A stretch of DNA of 64,000 bases from Ptychomitrium polyphyllum (GCA_973851085.1 OZ316775.1:3100001-3164000); one strand, 5' to 3'. Positions 40,920 through 54,581 are shown, counted from the first letter of the stretch. Notes: generated by a model not told the origin, from the sequence alone. Made by a program: numbers and translations.

Positions 40920-42156
40920 TCAGTGCTGAGACATCTTCTGTTGAGCGGGTGCAGATTGCTCGTACGCCACTCGGTTTGCAGCCCACCCTGAAAAAACAAT
41001 ATTCATTGCAACAAGCATTACATATCAGCTGACCCATGTGGCAAGGAGTTTAAAGCAAAGCCTCTAACACAGGATTTTCAAGGAGGGAGTTAATATACAC
41101 TTCCTAGCTAAATATAACCTTCTTGCACCAGATTTCGCGGAAGATGATTACCAAAAGTTTTAATGTGTTAATTTCAGAATATTGGCACAAATGTAGAGAT
41201 ATATTCTTTAAGCTGGTACTTAAGAGGAATGGTGTGGAGATGGATATGGCGCTAACCAAGGCCAGGGTCAATGCCGCGGTGTTGAAGCTCTCGGTATTGA
41301 TGGGCCAAGGAGCAGGGGAGGCAATAACAGTCCGTGCAGCAGTCACCGCAAGGCTCTGGAGCAAGGCCGTACTTGGCTCTCAGTCGTCCTCTGTACCCGC
41401 ATGTGTAGAGGAATCCGCATCCGCAACAATATTGGATGCAACAGAAAAGGCATCCAGCACTCAAACACGCTGCATGCCCCACCGTATCCAACCAAATTCA
41501 GCCACACACGGTAACCGCTTACCCATGAATGTATGTGTAACTCACCCTGAACTAAGTTTTCCAGTACATTCCTCAACAGCACCGTTTACTGTACAACACT
41601 ATTATAGCATCGCGAAGTCTTCAATGTTGTTCTTGAGCATGTGGTGCTTATATGCACTCTTAGACTATCATACAGGTCAAGATCGATTTGCAGAGAAACA
41701 AGAGAAGGGGAAGAGAATTAACTACAAATGATGCAATAGTGGTAAGGCAACTCACAAGTAATTCCTTGATCGATAATCTCCGCCAGGCGTCCCACAACAA
41801 CACATGGGCAGCAAAACGAACACCAGCCTTCACACCCACATGTCATAACAACAAAATATCAGTTTGAAAAGCTCTACTCCAAGGAGACGACACATGAGTC
41901 TTCCTAGCGTCAAGAAAGGCTCCTCATTTCCAGAGAGGCTAAAGATTCCATAACTCCTTGAATGTAAACATTTTCCTTGGTCAGAAAGGTTACACAAACT
42001 TTCAGAACCTGAGGGGAAAATGATTCAAACGAATAAAAAAAACCATGATAGTACTAGAAAATGAATTCAGGAACTTGGCTTACATGATCCGCAGTCTTGG
42101 AAGCAATCGCAAATGCCACTACTCCATTGTCCGCTTCCAACTGGTGATAATGCCAT
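40920..42156 (-). CDS. PLAC8-family Cys-rich membrane protein (plant cadmium resistance / cell number regulator-like), 141 aa
   Basis: Exons 42156-42084, 41827-41756, 41469-41257, 40987-40920 (426 nt, in phase). Protein MALSPVGSGQWSSGICDCFQDCGSCWCSFCCPCVVVGRLAEIIDQGITSC...YTCGYRGRLRAKYGLAPEPCGDCCTDCYCLPCSLAHQYRELQHRGIDPGLGW...; has the WSSG.CDC, CCPC and YREL motifs. Confidence 0.93.
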
Positions 42157-45100
42157 TGTGATTCAATAACAGGGTTCTTCCAAACAACGAAGTGTGTGAG
42201 AAGTGTAGTTTTCCGAGCTAGGACAGTTCAGGTATGGGACTGCCGGCAGTTGATCCAGAAGAGAGCCTGGACAGAAATGTGAGAAGCAAGATGAGCAGGT
42301 GAGATTAAAAGGCCGCGCCAGGGGCACACCACCGGAAGCTCGCGCTTTGGGTAACCTGCTTTAAATTAGTATCTTGCGACCTGCCTGCAACCACAAGACA
42401 CTCTGAATTGCGCCGTACGCTCAAGGCCGCGGAATCTCTATCCCAAACTCTTCTTCTCCTCTTGACTTCCTCTAGTCAATATCCGATTTCTTGCTATTAA
42501 TTTACCTCACGTTGTACATGAGCATAGTCACTGCTACTATAGCGAGCACACCTGACAGTGCACAGTGAAGCCAAAACTAAAATCACCTCAATGCATACAC
42601 GTACTGGTAGCTTTTAGTTTAGTCTAATAGGTCTGGTTTCGCCTAACATGGAAAGAAGTCATGAGACTTGGAGTGGGTAAGTGAATCCTGGTGACCGGTA
42701 GGTGATGAATTCCAAGGCTGCCCTGGTTTTTAACTTTACTTCAACGTGGACCAGGGAGCAAGCATTTCCACCAATCCAAATTCTCTTTTATTACCAAGCA
42801 GCAATCCTTACGGTCAACTTAAAAGCCTCCAGTAGAAGCTGCTACCATGCATTTGTACAATGAAATTTTCCTTCATCTCTGCTCGACTCTCCCGATATGC
42901 GCAGGTAGACTGCATTCCTCAAGTATTTTTGCTTTCAACCGGATTTGAAATATATTGAAGGCGTATGATGGAGTGTTAATAAGTTTTACAATTGAATTGC
43001 TCTGAGTCACGGTGTTCGACTGAAAACTTTTATATTTAAAAAAAAAACGTAAAGACGGAATTTCACTGTTGATTGCAATGTAACAGTTTAGGTGGGAGTG
43101 GATGACTCTACTGTACCAACTGCTTGATCCCGGCTTAGGTCCTGGAGTTTCTGTGCACACTTTCCACCGCTTGCACTCTCATGCTATATTTGCCGACTCG
43201 CCTCTTGTTTGGTTTTCGATGGACTTTTATGATTACTCAGTGACTTGGTATGATGCGTGCTGACGATGGAAAAGTTACTTAAGAGTCATTTGCGGCAGTT
43301 TGTTCAGGGTAGTGGAGTGGGGACTCCAAGCTGAGCAAGTCATGGAATAAGCGCCAATTCTATCGTCAGAGTCTATTGTGTCTGATTTGTCCAATTCTTC
43401 AGCTGGTTGCCATTTTCTTCCATTTTTTTCCTCATTTTAAACCAAACGGGTTGTTTCATCTTTTGAACACCTTTGGGAACAGTTGAACATAGAACGTCTT
43501 GTTTATTAATACCATTGGCATCTAGAAGTATGGAAAGACTTGCTACTATTTCTCTCTTTAACATGATATTTGAGAAATACAAAACAACGCCATGTTATTA
43601 ATCTAAAACTGTTTGACTTATTTCACAAAAAATACTCTAGGATTAATATTTTAAATATAAACAGGAATATAAAAAAAGAAAAATAATTTTTGAAGTTTTA
43701 ACCTTCAACCACACTACATTAAACTGTAGTTTTTATTTTAGCAAAACGGACAACATAGATTGTAAAATTATAGCCTTTGAAGTGATTTTTTTTTGTACCT
43801 TCTTAGGAAGAAAGGTCAACACGAAGATTTTTGTCTCTTCTTGAAGTAGGAGAAAACAAAAACAATAAAAAATGCTGAAATTTTCATTAAATGTACTGAT
43901 ATTATTGCCCTCTGCCCTAAAAATTTAAGAAACTTTAACTCTTATTGTAGTGGAAGTTTTGCACCATGAATGATTTTTTTTGTTTGGACACTTTTTGAAA
44001 GGATTATGGTGATTACTTTCACACCAAATGTTAGAAGTAATAGAAATGTGTTGCTAGATATTTTTGATGTACTCAATCTTGAGAAAAAAACTACTTTGGA
44101 TGAGCATAGTTTTTTCTTCCAATGTCCAATCAAAAAACTTACATTTACATGAACTTAATACACCCTTATATCTTCAAATTTTTTTAATTCACATTAAAAT
44201 TTGACATTGTATAAACCTATTCAAATCTCCAAAAAGTCTATTTTGAGAGAATGATTATTTAGGAATTAAAATGTCATAATATAAAATATAATTCATACAA
44301 GTTCCTACAAGTTTCTATGAGATTTAAAATTACATATGTATGATATTCATTTTTCTATTCAAAAGATCATTGTTTTTATATCAAATTCATCTATATTCCT
44401 TTATAATATTATAAATTTTATTATTGTGTATTTTGATCATATTGTTTGAATTTGAAAATTTGTTGCAAAATCACTATTGTCATATAATTAATTAAATTTT
44501 ATAATAGACAATTTGATTCCAAATGAAAATTTTATTTTTCAATTAATTCTATTTAGAGGCTATATCTACAACTATGATACTAATAATGAAGATAAGATAT
44601 TCTTTAGGTTCAACTTCACCATGAACAAAAATTTGATGAATAGGAGTACTACTAAAGTTCTTCATAGGATCTTTCTATCTAGGTACAAGTAGTTTGCATC
44701 TTCACAGACATGTCTATTTTATCGAGTCTCTCTCTCAGACAATGTCCAAATTGTTACGCCTTTCGTGCGGGTCAAAACTTATTCAACAAAAAAATTTACT
44801 ACCTTGTAACCATTATAGTTATGGCCACCGTTTACTAAGGCTTTGGTTGCTAGCTTCTCTATCATCAAATCACCAACTTCTTTGACCTTCTAACATTGTG
44901 GGCATGCTTCAACTTCCATACATTGCCTTACAACTTTGCAAAGATGTTTGTTTTGGTAAGCACCTGCCTTGGATTCCTTGGTGAGGAAATATCCCTTTTG
45001 CCAAAGTTACAAGGCTATTCTACCAAGTTCTTTAGAAAAATTATCTTGTGATGCTAGATATTTTCTACCTACCTACTTGTGTTAGTTTTAAATATAGATA

Positions 45101-46994
45101 TCCACTTGTTAAAAGTTGTTCAAGTTTTTTTTTAAGAATGTGGCATTGGTTAGTTTGACACCATATTGCTTATTACTCAGACATTGGCTCAAAGCATTTC
45201 CTCTACAATTATTACTAATAATTAATGCTTTAGTGTATGCATGCCTTAAATGAATCTTATCAACTTTGAATAGGCACAAAATATAGAAACAAAAGCCTTA
45301 TATCTATAAATATATCTATTTTAGAATATTTTTGTTTAGCTTTCAACTAATGCATATTCTTTTTGTAAATGTTTTGTTCAACATCACTAAATATATTAAT
45401 CATAGAAGTCAACTTTGCTACTTCCAAATGCAAGATAAATTGATGGTCATTCAATGTCACAAACATTGAATCAATAGAAAACATGTATATATGTGGCAAT
45501 GTTACTTTGAAATTGAACCAAGATTCTAATCCACCATAATTGTGTGGTGTCAAATGCAAAAATCTTATCCAAGATTCTTCTATACCATGTGAAGATTCTT
45601 CATGTTTTACAACTACTTGTATTGCTGATGGATGAGGAATTAACAAGAGCCCAATGAAAGTTGGAAACCTCCACACAAAGATGCAAAGTATTTATAGATT
45701 GGATATCACATGCATGGAAGAACTTGTGCAATAAAGCATTCAATGGTTTGAGTTGGATGATGAACTTAAAAACGTTTTGCATTTAATAGGACCTTTTCAA
45801 GTTTAGATATCAACAGGTTTGCATTGTCTCTCAAGTAGTTTTCTGTTTTGATTGAAATATCTTATTTAGATTTGAGAACCAAAGACAAGAATTATGAGGT
45901 GTAAGAGGAAGGGTCCTTGAAGGTGCGAGAGAAGGAGAACCTGGGCAAAGCAAGGTTGGGCTGACACAAAGGTGAGCAATAAATAAAGGTTTCTATAGCG
46001 GCATTTATAACCTCGACAAAAAGCAGGGGCAAGAAGCAGGGAGGACGGGTAAGAGGAATGTGATGGGGAGCTGGAGCAAGCAATGGTAAGCATAAAGTCC
46101 CACTAACAAGATAACAAGCTTGGCTTCGCAATTGAGCACGTCGTGACTGCGAGCTGGAGCATTGACGAAGAACCACCATGCAAGCAGCAAGGAGGAGCGG
46201 CGCCCTGAATGTGTTTGGCAACACGCCTTTAGGGGCGTAACATAACCAGCATATTGTAGCGAGGAGCGCGCATCTCCCGAGCAGATAGATATCGACGTTG
46301 ATGAAGCAAGTTTAAATGGCGCACGAAACGGAGGCGGCCTCGCGGACATCGGGAGAGAGGAGAGCGTGGAAGATGCAGGGCGGGGCACTGGCAAGGGGTA
46401 GAATAGGACCTCGGGAGCTTGGGTAGATGTGACTCCGATAGCGGGGATGGGAGAGTGAGGCTGATCGAGGAGGTGAGAAGGAGCCTTGCCAGAGCGGGTG
46501 CTAATTAAAGTCTGAGCCAGAAACTTTTGACAATCCGCGTAACCCAAACCGTGAATCCCCCGAACCATAGCTAGGCCCAACCGTATTCACTATCCCTGCC
46601 ATGCTTTGTTCCAAGACCCATGCTATCGCTCGGTTCTTTGTACACTAGTACCGTACTATTCTTCAGTGATGTACTCTCCAACTTAATGGCTCCATGCTTA
46701 CTATAGTACAACGTGCTAGGTGCTAACAAGGTGAAATTCAAGAAAAGAAGTGAAAAGAGATCGAATTAAGTTTGTGGCCCTAATTAGTTTGTATTGATTC
46801 ATACATTTGCAAACTTTAGCATCTAAATAATTCTGCCAAAGTGAAACTCTAAATTCCTCTACAATGCCTTGGTGGCAAGAGAACTGCAAAACTTGCTATT
46901 CCTAACAAAAATATAAGTTGAAAAGTATACAGCGTTCATACTCAGCTACACATCGAGATGTCTAATCTCCTAACCGCAAGAAAATATTCAGCAA

Positions 46995-49788
46995 TTACCT
47001 CTTTGAACCCTTCCGGTCCTTTCCTCCTGCCTTGCCACCAGACTTGCCGCCAAATGAATTCTTTTTCTCCGACCTCCCTGTAGCTTTACCTGGCGACCTC
47101 CCTGGTTTTCCACCAGGAGACATTCCTTTTCGTGACCCTCCTTTCTTAAAGGCACCATCTGCTCGCTTTTTCCCACCAATCTTCTTTGAAGAAGGCTTAC
47201 CACTCTCTTCTACGTTATGAGCCCTTACAGCCTGAAAAACACATGTTTCATTAGGTGCTCGGCCACTATTTTAGTCCGAAGTATCCTACTACCGAACCCC
47301 TGCCAACAAGAAGACTTCCCATTTTATGTTCGGTTCTTTCAGTAAAAGAAGGAAACGGGAACTCTCCCCATGACGAATACCTGATTGCAAATATATTTAA
47401 AAAGGAGGAAGAAGACCAAAACAGCAACCTTCTGGACTAATAAGGTTATCTGTAGATTAGTATTGCAACCACCTTTGTCAAATATAGAAAAATGACCGAT
47501 AGACTGCAACAGGATTATTGAACCTTATTAACATCGAGTTCTTCACCTTATTAACATCGAGACCACTGAAATCATTTTCCGCCAGTACTTTCTTCATCAC
47601 GTTAGTGATCAGCTCCTTTTCCTTACCTTCTCCATCAACAACCGGCAAAAACTGCACGTACACAACCAAGCAACAATTGCCACGTAATCAGCGTGCCTTC
47701 AACACTTAACAACTAAAACTATTAGCAATTGCAAATTTCCTTGGCTCATAATCAATAAGAGATTACTAGCTTGAATTGGGTCACCAACTGTAGATTACCA
47801 TTCTTTAAATGAAATTGTAAAGGAGATGTATAGCTCTCCAAAATCTACAATCTAGGTTTCAACAGCGTCAGCACCGCTAATTATTTTTCCGTCTGCTTGA
47901 ACATAAAGTATCTCAATCGAATCCCTGCATGATCTCAAAGGAAAGTAGCGCATGACTGACGTGCATAATACCTTGCGGTGCTTGCCCAATTTCTTTGCAG
48001 GCTTTTCCCCCGGCAGCTTTTTATCAAACTTCCCAATGCTAGCAGTAGCAGTGCTCGCAAGTCCAGCTGCATCCCCAAGATCGCTCTTGCTAAGACGCTG
48101 CCCAGACTGCTTGCTCCCTGTTATAGCTAATGAGGTAGCTGCCAGCTGCAGAGTACTGTAATGCAGGAAGTGATCAGTGATATATTACAGATGTCATTAC
48201 TCTCGAAAGTAGCATGTATCACGCAATGACAACCAACCAACGTCTAAACAAGTTCACATCGTTATGCACTCCCAATATTGTAAAAAACTCGTAGCAATTT
48301 ATATGTCAAACGCAACTTCCACTACTTTCTTTTACTTCCAATGAAGCACAACCAAGACCTTGATCGAAGGGTGAAGAAGAATTACACACCTGGGAAGTGC
48401 ACCCTTGCCTCCTTGTTTGGCGGCTTTCTTCAAATTCTCTAATTGATTTTTTTCTTGCTTGGCTACTCGTTCTTTCTTACTTTCACGTAATTTCGCAAAT
48501 GGATCCTCACCAGGCTCTGCAGAAGGCGAAGCACAAAATTCAGTACTTTTTCAGCATTGATAACGATACAGAAGAAGTACCGAGAAATCGGTCATCAATA
48601 CCTCTCCAAACGCTGCAGTTCACTGTATCAGGTAGGTCCCTGATTGCAAATGTAACAAACAATTGTTGATGCCAGTGAAGGCGACAGTAACAACGACAGA
48701 CTTTCATATTGGTAGACTCCTTGTGGAATAATTCAAACTGCAACTCTAAAAATGGACTGAGGGTGATAGCATTATGTACCGTCTCCTGCTTTAGCCTCAA
48801 TAACAGGAATATCATTGTCGTCATTAACGCGTTTATATCCATGTCTTCTCCTCCATTCGTCCTGGTCCTCGTCAAACTCCAACTTGCTCCTCTTCCTCTT
48901 TTTAATGCCTGTAAATAACAATCCCCAAAAGCTAAATTTAGTCATACTCATCGCGAAGAAAGACATCCAGTATATGTTCTGAGTTGGAAACCTTTTAGAA
49001 CGACATCAGGCACAAAAAAAAGCAAACTCTACGCCAAGCGCACTCATCCAAAACTGGTGGACACAGCTGCTCCAGTACTTTCAGGAAATGCGCAAAAGCC
49101 CTAGAATGACTGCTTCTTTCAAACATCACTACAAAATATTAGTAGAATCCCACTATAATTCCCCAAATGCCACTCCGGCAGAGATTCTTAGACTCCATTG
49201 TAGTCAATCACCAAAAATTCACCTTTTGTTTGCGCAAAAGCTTCCCACTTCGTCATGGGACGAGGCCTAGGCAGCTGCAAAAGAAACCAAATTCAAATAC
49301 TTCAGAAACCCGAATCCTCCCCAATAATTCTGTCACCAAACTTACAAATCACCTCCCATCCAATTCCAATAGCAGCCCTCTCCAGCACAAAGAACAACTC
49401 TCACTCCAAATTCAAACGTACCGGCTTCTCTCGGGGAAGCTGAAGGGTTGGCTTCGGCAGCTTCACCAACCGCCCCACCTTGTCGATCGTGGACGGCATA
49501 TTGAAAAGCCTGTCGACGAGAACTTGCACGAGCTCCCGCCCATTCTCCACATACTCCGCATCCCGCTCCTCCCTGCATTCCCGTTAATCCCAGAGCCATC
49601 AGTCCTGAAACCCTAACCCTAAGAACATGACTAGTGAGTGAAGTGGCGGAACAGATTTTTACTCACTGAGTCATAGCGATGGCGCTGGAGAGACGCACGG
49701 GATCGCGGGCGTGCACGACGACGAGGTTGCCGACATCGAGGTCGTACTCAGGTGCCGAGGGCGTCTCGATATCCATGGAGGTAGCCAT
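46995..49788 (-). CDS. RRS1: Ribosome biogenesis regulatory protein RRS1, 368 aa
   Basis: Exons 49788-49667, 49572-49422, 49274-49223, 48908-48780, 48516-48390, 48155-47972, 47651-47547, 47231-46995 (1107 nt, in phase). Motifs [69 protein letters not shown] and a K/G-rich tail. Confidence 0.95.
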
Positions 49789-49868
49789 GGCGATGGCGGT
49801 GGTCGATGGTCTAAAGTGGTGTGCGAAGAAGTTTAGGGGTTTAAGGGGTTACAGGAGTTTTAGGGTTT
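49608..49868. promoter_or_regulatory. Telo-box motifs at the RRS1 5' end
   Basis: aaaccctaa at 49608-49616 (intron 1), ttagggttt at 49860-49868 and variants at 49831-49850. Telo-boxes are a known feature of plant ribosome-biogenesis gene promoters. Confidence 0.7.
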
Positions 49869-50092
49869 AAGCGGTTTTAGGATTACGTGGCTTTAAGCTA
49901 CGCAACTAAAACCCGACGAATGGAAGGTGACGGCATTCCCAACGAAAAGCTCGCGGTTTTCCCCGTTTACATTAACTCGACTAAATCTTAGACCCATGGT
50001 ATGCACACCTGGAAAACATCTCCGTTTTGTTAATAACTAGTATTGTTTTTTAATTGTTTAAACTAAAAAACTTTGAAATACAGTATTTGCTA

Positions 50093-50281
50093 GAACTTTT
50101 TAGCCTCAACTTCTATACATACTAGAACTACAAGCCTTGGTAGCTTCTACTACATTACTTTGTACTGAAGCAACCTTGAGTTGCTTCCTTGGAAGCTTCT
50201 TAAGCTAAGGTAATTTCCTTGAAAGCTTCCTAAATTTTCTAAGAACCTTTTTAAATGCTTATAATATGTATATCCGTGACA
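50093..50281 (-). repeat. Truncated 3' LTR of the gypsy element
   Basis: Starts TGTCACGG on the minus strand directly after the PPT; aligns by eye with 56440-56660. The distal part is missing. Confidence 0.8.
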
Positions 50282-53200
50282 TCACCTCCCCTTTCTCCAA
50301 GGTCTCCAAGAAGCATGTTATAATAAGTACTCAAAGTCATAAGAAGTCAAAAATTTGTTGCAAAATATCTATAATATATTCCAATTGCCTTTCTAAATTC
50401 AAATGATCCATGGATCTTTATAACCACTAATAGTGTCCAACGCCTTCTATTTGGGACCAAGTATGAACTTCCGTATTGTCATTGTGAAAACGTCTTTCAA
50501 ACACTGCTTCTGAATAATCTTTGTAAGCCAACTCCATTTCAAAGACAATTACCAACAATCTATTACTAGATATCTTTCAACGTCTTCTTGGTCCAATCTA
50601 TTCTTCATCACGAAGTCGTCAACGAGAACCACTTGGTTAGATTGACACCATTGACATATTATTTGCATCTTGACTGTCCATATCTAATATATCGAGCTAT
50701 TATCAAAAAACTATGATAAACTTCAAAATACAAACAACTAATTTCTAAATCAAGTCTAAAGCTTTGGAAACTTATGATCTAGGAATTGATTTATCTCCTA
50801 CTTAAAAGTCTAAGCATTAAGAGCCTCAAAGTTTATGCAACCTCACCAAGCCATTATTCTATATGTTGCTACTTTTTATTTGAATGGATGTTGTTGATGG
50901 AATTCACAAACTTTTACTAGTGAATTAGCAAGATTGTTAACTGACTCTCATATATGATCATTGATGTCATATCCGCGCCAATGTACCAAGTATTTCAACT
51001 TTCCATGTCTTATCCGTGAATCAAGTACTTCTTCTACTTCAAATTCATGATGATCATTGATTTCAACTACAGGTGGTGGTAGCTACCTTCATCCAAGAAT
51101 ACTTAATTTTTTATAAGTTTCCAAAAGTGAAACATGGAAGACGAGATATACCTTCATTCATGTTGGTAGTTCCAAACAATATGCCATGTAGATGAATTGT
51201 TTTTCAATTGCAAATGGTCTCCATCTGCGATAGTCCAGCTTGTCACATGGCCTATTAGCCTTATATTGTGTCAAAAAAGCCAGACCTTCTCACCAACTTA
51301 GAATGGAGGTTGTTCCTTCCTTGTTGCATTTGCTATTGTTCTGTATTCTTCTTGAGCTATTTCTAATTGACTCTTCTTGATTGTTTGAAGCTCTCCCATC
51401 CTTGTAGCAAATTACTCTGCTGTTGGATTCTCAAATTGTGGAGGCTGTAACATATCCATCTTTGGATGATGTCCATAATTGGAGTACACTAGCTTTTGTT
51501 GCGTAGAAGCTTGAGCGATATTGTTGTAGGCAAACTTAGCCAATGTCAAATAAGAAGTCTAATCATCTTGTTGATAGTTGATGGTACACCTCAAATATTG
51601 CTCCAAGATTTTGTTGACTTGCTCTATTTGGCCATCAATTTGAGGATGGATGGCAAAAGAAAGCTTTATATATACCTTAAAGATTTCAAAGAGCGAATTC
51701 CAAAATCTTGATACAAAGATCCAATATAATATTGTCAAGTAATCCATAGTAGCAATAAACATTATCCATAAAGAATGTGGCAGTCTCTTCACTCATAATT
51801 GTTTTCTTACAAGGTATAAAATATGCCATCTTGGTCAATCGTTCTATCACAATAAAAATGGTATAAAAAAAACTTGATGGTAGAAGATTTGTAATAAAAT
51901 CCATTAAAACAGACGACCACAGTTGCCTTGAAATAGGTAGTGGTTGGAGAAGTTCATATGGATGATGTCAAAGATTACTCGACTGAGATTAGGTATTACA
52001 TGAAAGTACAAACTCTTTAACGGCCTTCTACATTTGAAGGCAATAAAAGTTGAGTTAGAAAGGAATTCCAAGGTTTTATTGAATCCAAAATGTCTAGCCG
52101 CAGGAAAGTCATCATGTGTTTGAAGTACACAAAGGCAAACTAGTCCTTTAAGAATATATAGATGTTCTTCAAAGTAGAGAAGGTTGTCTTCTAATTTGAA
52201 CTTAGACACATCTTCAGGGAGGTTATTGGAACAACGCTCAATATCAAGAATAAGAGGGTCTTTAGTAGATGCCGCATGCACCTAATTAAGGAACAATGAA
52301 TCTATTGGAGTTGAAATGGTGGTTGTATGTATACAAAATTGTTTGGGTTTCTACAACCTTGCTTTTTGTTGATCGTATATTGCCTCTCTCTCCTTTAACT
52401 CAAGATATGATTGCCTTGACAAAGCATCTGATAATCCTTGCTGTTTTCAGGATTAATTTGTAATGCAAAAATCAAATCAAGATACAGACATACGCCAACA
52501 AATTTGGCAGCAATTCAAAAATGGGCTAACAAGAAAGATTTTAAGTTCTTCTAATCTATATATACAATAATTGGATGCACAGCACCCTTGAGCAAGTGAC
52601 ACTATTCTGGGAAGAAATCCACAATTGCAAGGCGTTCTTTATTATGAATCTTGTAGTTGATTTTTATAGCTAAAAATTTTCTGGATTGGAATGCAATCGG
52701 ATGGAGTCTCCTTTCTCTCCCTGTTTGTGACAAAAATGCTCCTAGTGAAAAGTCAGAACCATCTGTCTCAAGATAAAATTACTTTGAAAAGTCTAAATGG
52801 GCCAGAATAGGAGCTATGGTAAAAGATTGCTTCAAACTTTGGAATACATCCTCAGCATTGGATCCTCACTCAAGCTTTTACTTGTGTGTTAGTTGCATGA
52901 GTAGTGCAGTTGTTCAAGATTAGTCTTTGATGAAGATCCTATAGAAGTTTGCAAATCCAAGAAAACATTGGACATTATGTACCGATTTTGGCCTCGTCCA
53001 TTTGCTAACTGCTTTGACCTTCTTTGGATCCATTAATCGTCATTTGTTAAAGATGATATATCCAAGGAATTTTATTTGAAGTTCATGGTATACACATTTC
53101 TTCAGCTTGGCATACAAACCGACATTTCATAGCTTTTGTAGGACTATGCAAACATATTGTTCATGTTCTTCTAGATTCTTTGAATAGATCAAGATATCAT

Positions 53201-54041
53201 TCAGATAGCATACAACAAAATCATCAAGGCACTTTCAAAATATGTCATTCATCAAGTGCTAGAAAATGGTGAGTACGTTGGTAAGTCCAAAAGGCATGAC
53301 ACTATATTCAAAATGCCTATATCTTGTTCAAAAAGCCGTCTTTCATTTGTCTCCTTCTTTGATGCGCACCAAATTATAGGCTCCTTGCAAGTTTATTTTG
53401 GTATAGATCTTTGCTTGGCCAAATTTATCAAAAAGCCCAAATATAAGTAGCAATGGATATCAGTTCTTCACCATCATTTTACTGAAGCCGCGGTAATCGA
53501 CACACAATTGTAAAGATCCATTTTTTTTCTTTACAAAAAGTATTGGAGCACCAACAAGAGACTTTGAATGTCAAATAAAGTTCTTGGCTAAGTTTTCATC
53601 AATATACTTCCTTAGTGATAAAAGTTCGTTTTGGGATAAATTATAGATAGGTCCAAATGGTGGCAGGGCCCCGTCTTGGAGGTCTATGGCACAATTGTAA
53701 GGACAATGTTCTACTATGATGTTTGCATTTTTCTTTTTGAATACATCATTGAATTCTTTATACTTTTTCTGGAATAATTGAAGATGAAGTCACAACTTAG
53801 AATGTTACAGTTGCATACACAACAAAAGAAGGACCAGTCTTTGTTGCTCTCATAAGTACTTTAGCTCCAATGAAGACAGGCGTTAATGGTTTTAAATCTA
53901 TAAAATGCTTCAGCTTCCTCCGTAGGCTTAGTAGTTACAAGCTCTAATGATGGAAACTCTAATTTGCAGGATGCCCAATCTATCTGCGGGTTGTACTTTT
54001 TAAAGCAATGATAGGAATGGTAGAAAGCCTTTGAATGATAG

Positions 54042-54581
54042 TGTTAGGGACACAAGAAACAAGAAGCAGAAACAAAGTGTTTTCCTAGAATTAGCTTCCA
54101 AAGAACTAATGATTAACAAGAACTTGATACAAAGACTATAACAACTCAGGATTCAAGATGATCCACAGCTTGTGTTGGCAAGACTAAGGAATACCTTGTC
54201 TTACCTCCTATTTATACTATGACATTTCTATCTCCTAGGATACTTCTAAAGAAGCTTCCTACAAGGCTTAAGAATGTTCTATAAGTCTAAGGAACCTTCT
54301 CAAGAAGTTTCTTAAGATGTTGGAACCTTCCTAAGAAGCTTCTAAGGAACTGGAACCTTCCTTGGAAGTTTTCTAAGGTAGTGGAACCTTCTTAGGAAGT
54401 TTCCTAAAGAGGTAGAACCTTCCTTGGAAGTTTCCTAAGGTGATGGAATCTTCGTAGGAAGCTTCCTAAGAACATGGAAAGACTATGGAGACATCTAAAA
54501 GTATTTTAAGAAGCTATTATAGTATACTAGAAGGTTCTAGAATGTTCTAAAGACTATGTTGCATGATCTATGTCCGTAACA
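54042..54581 (-). mobile_element. Nested solo LTR of a related gypsy family
   Basis: TGTTA...TAACA termini, ~540 bp, six ~31-bp ggaaccttcc..ggaag..cctaagg subrepeats (54291-54475). It interrupts the host protease region between SNPV and YNPQIDW. TSD imperfect. Confidence 0.8.

Noticed and set aside
41123..41731. 202-aa plus-strand ORF
   Set aside because: Antisense shadow of PLAC8 exon 3 and flanking introns.
46005..46580. 191-aa minus-strand ORF as an intact protein-coding gene
   Set aside because: Non-ATG start, Pro/Ser-rich with no domain, and overlapping ORFs in other frames; treated as a promoter-like island instead.
48540..48600. Intronic C/D-box snoRNA in RRS1 (TGATGA...CTGA on the minus strand)
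   Set aside because: Too short, with no terminal stem or recognisable rRNA-antisense element.
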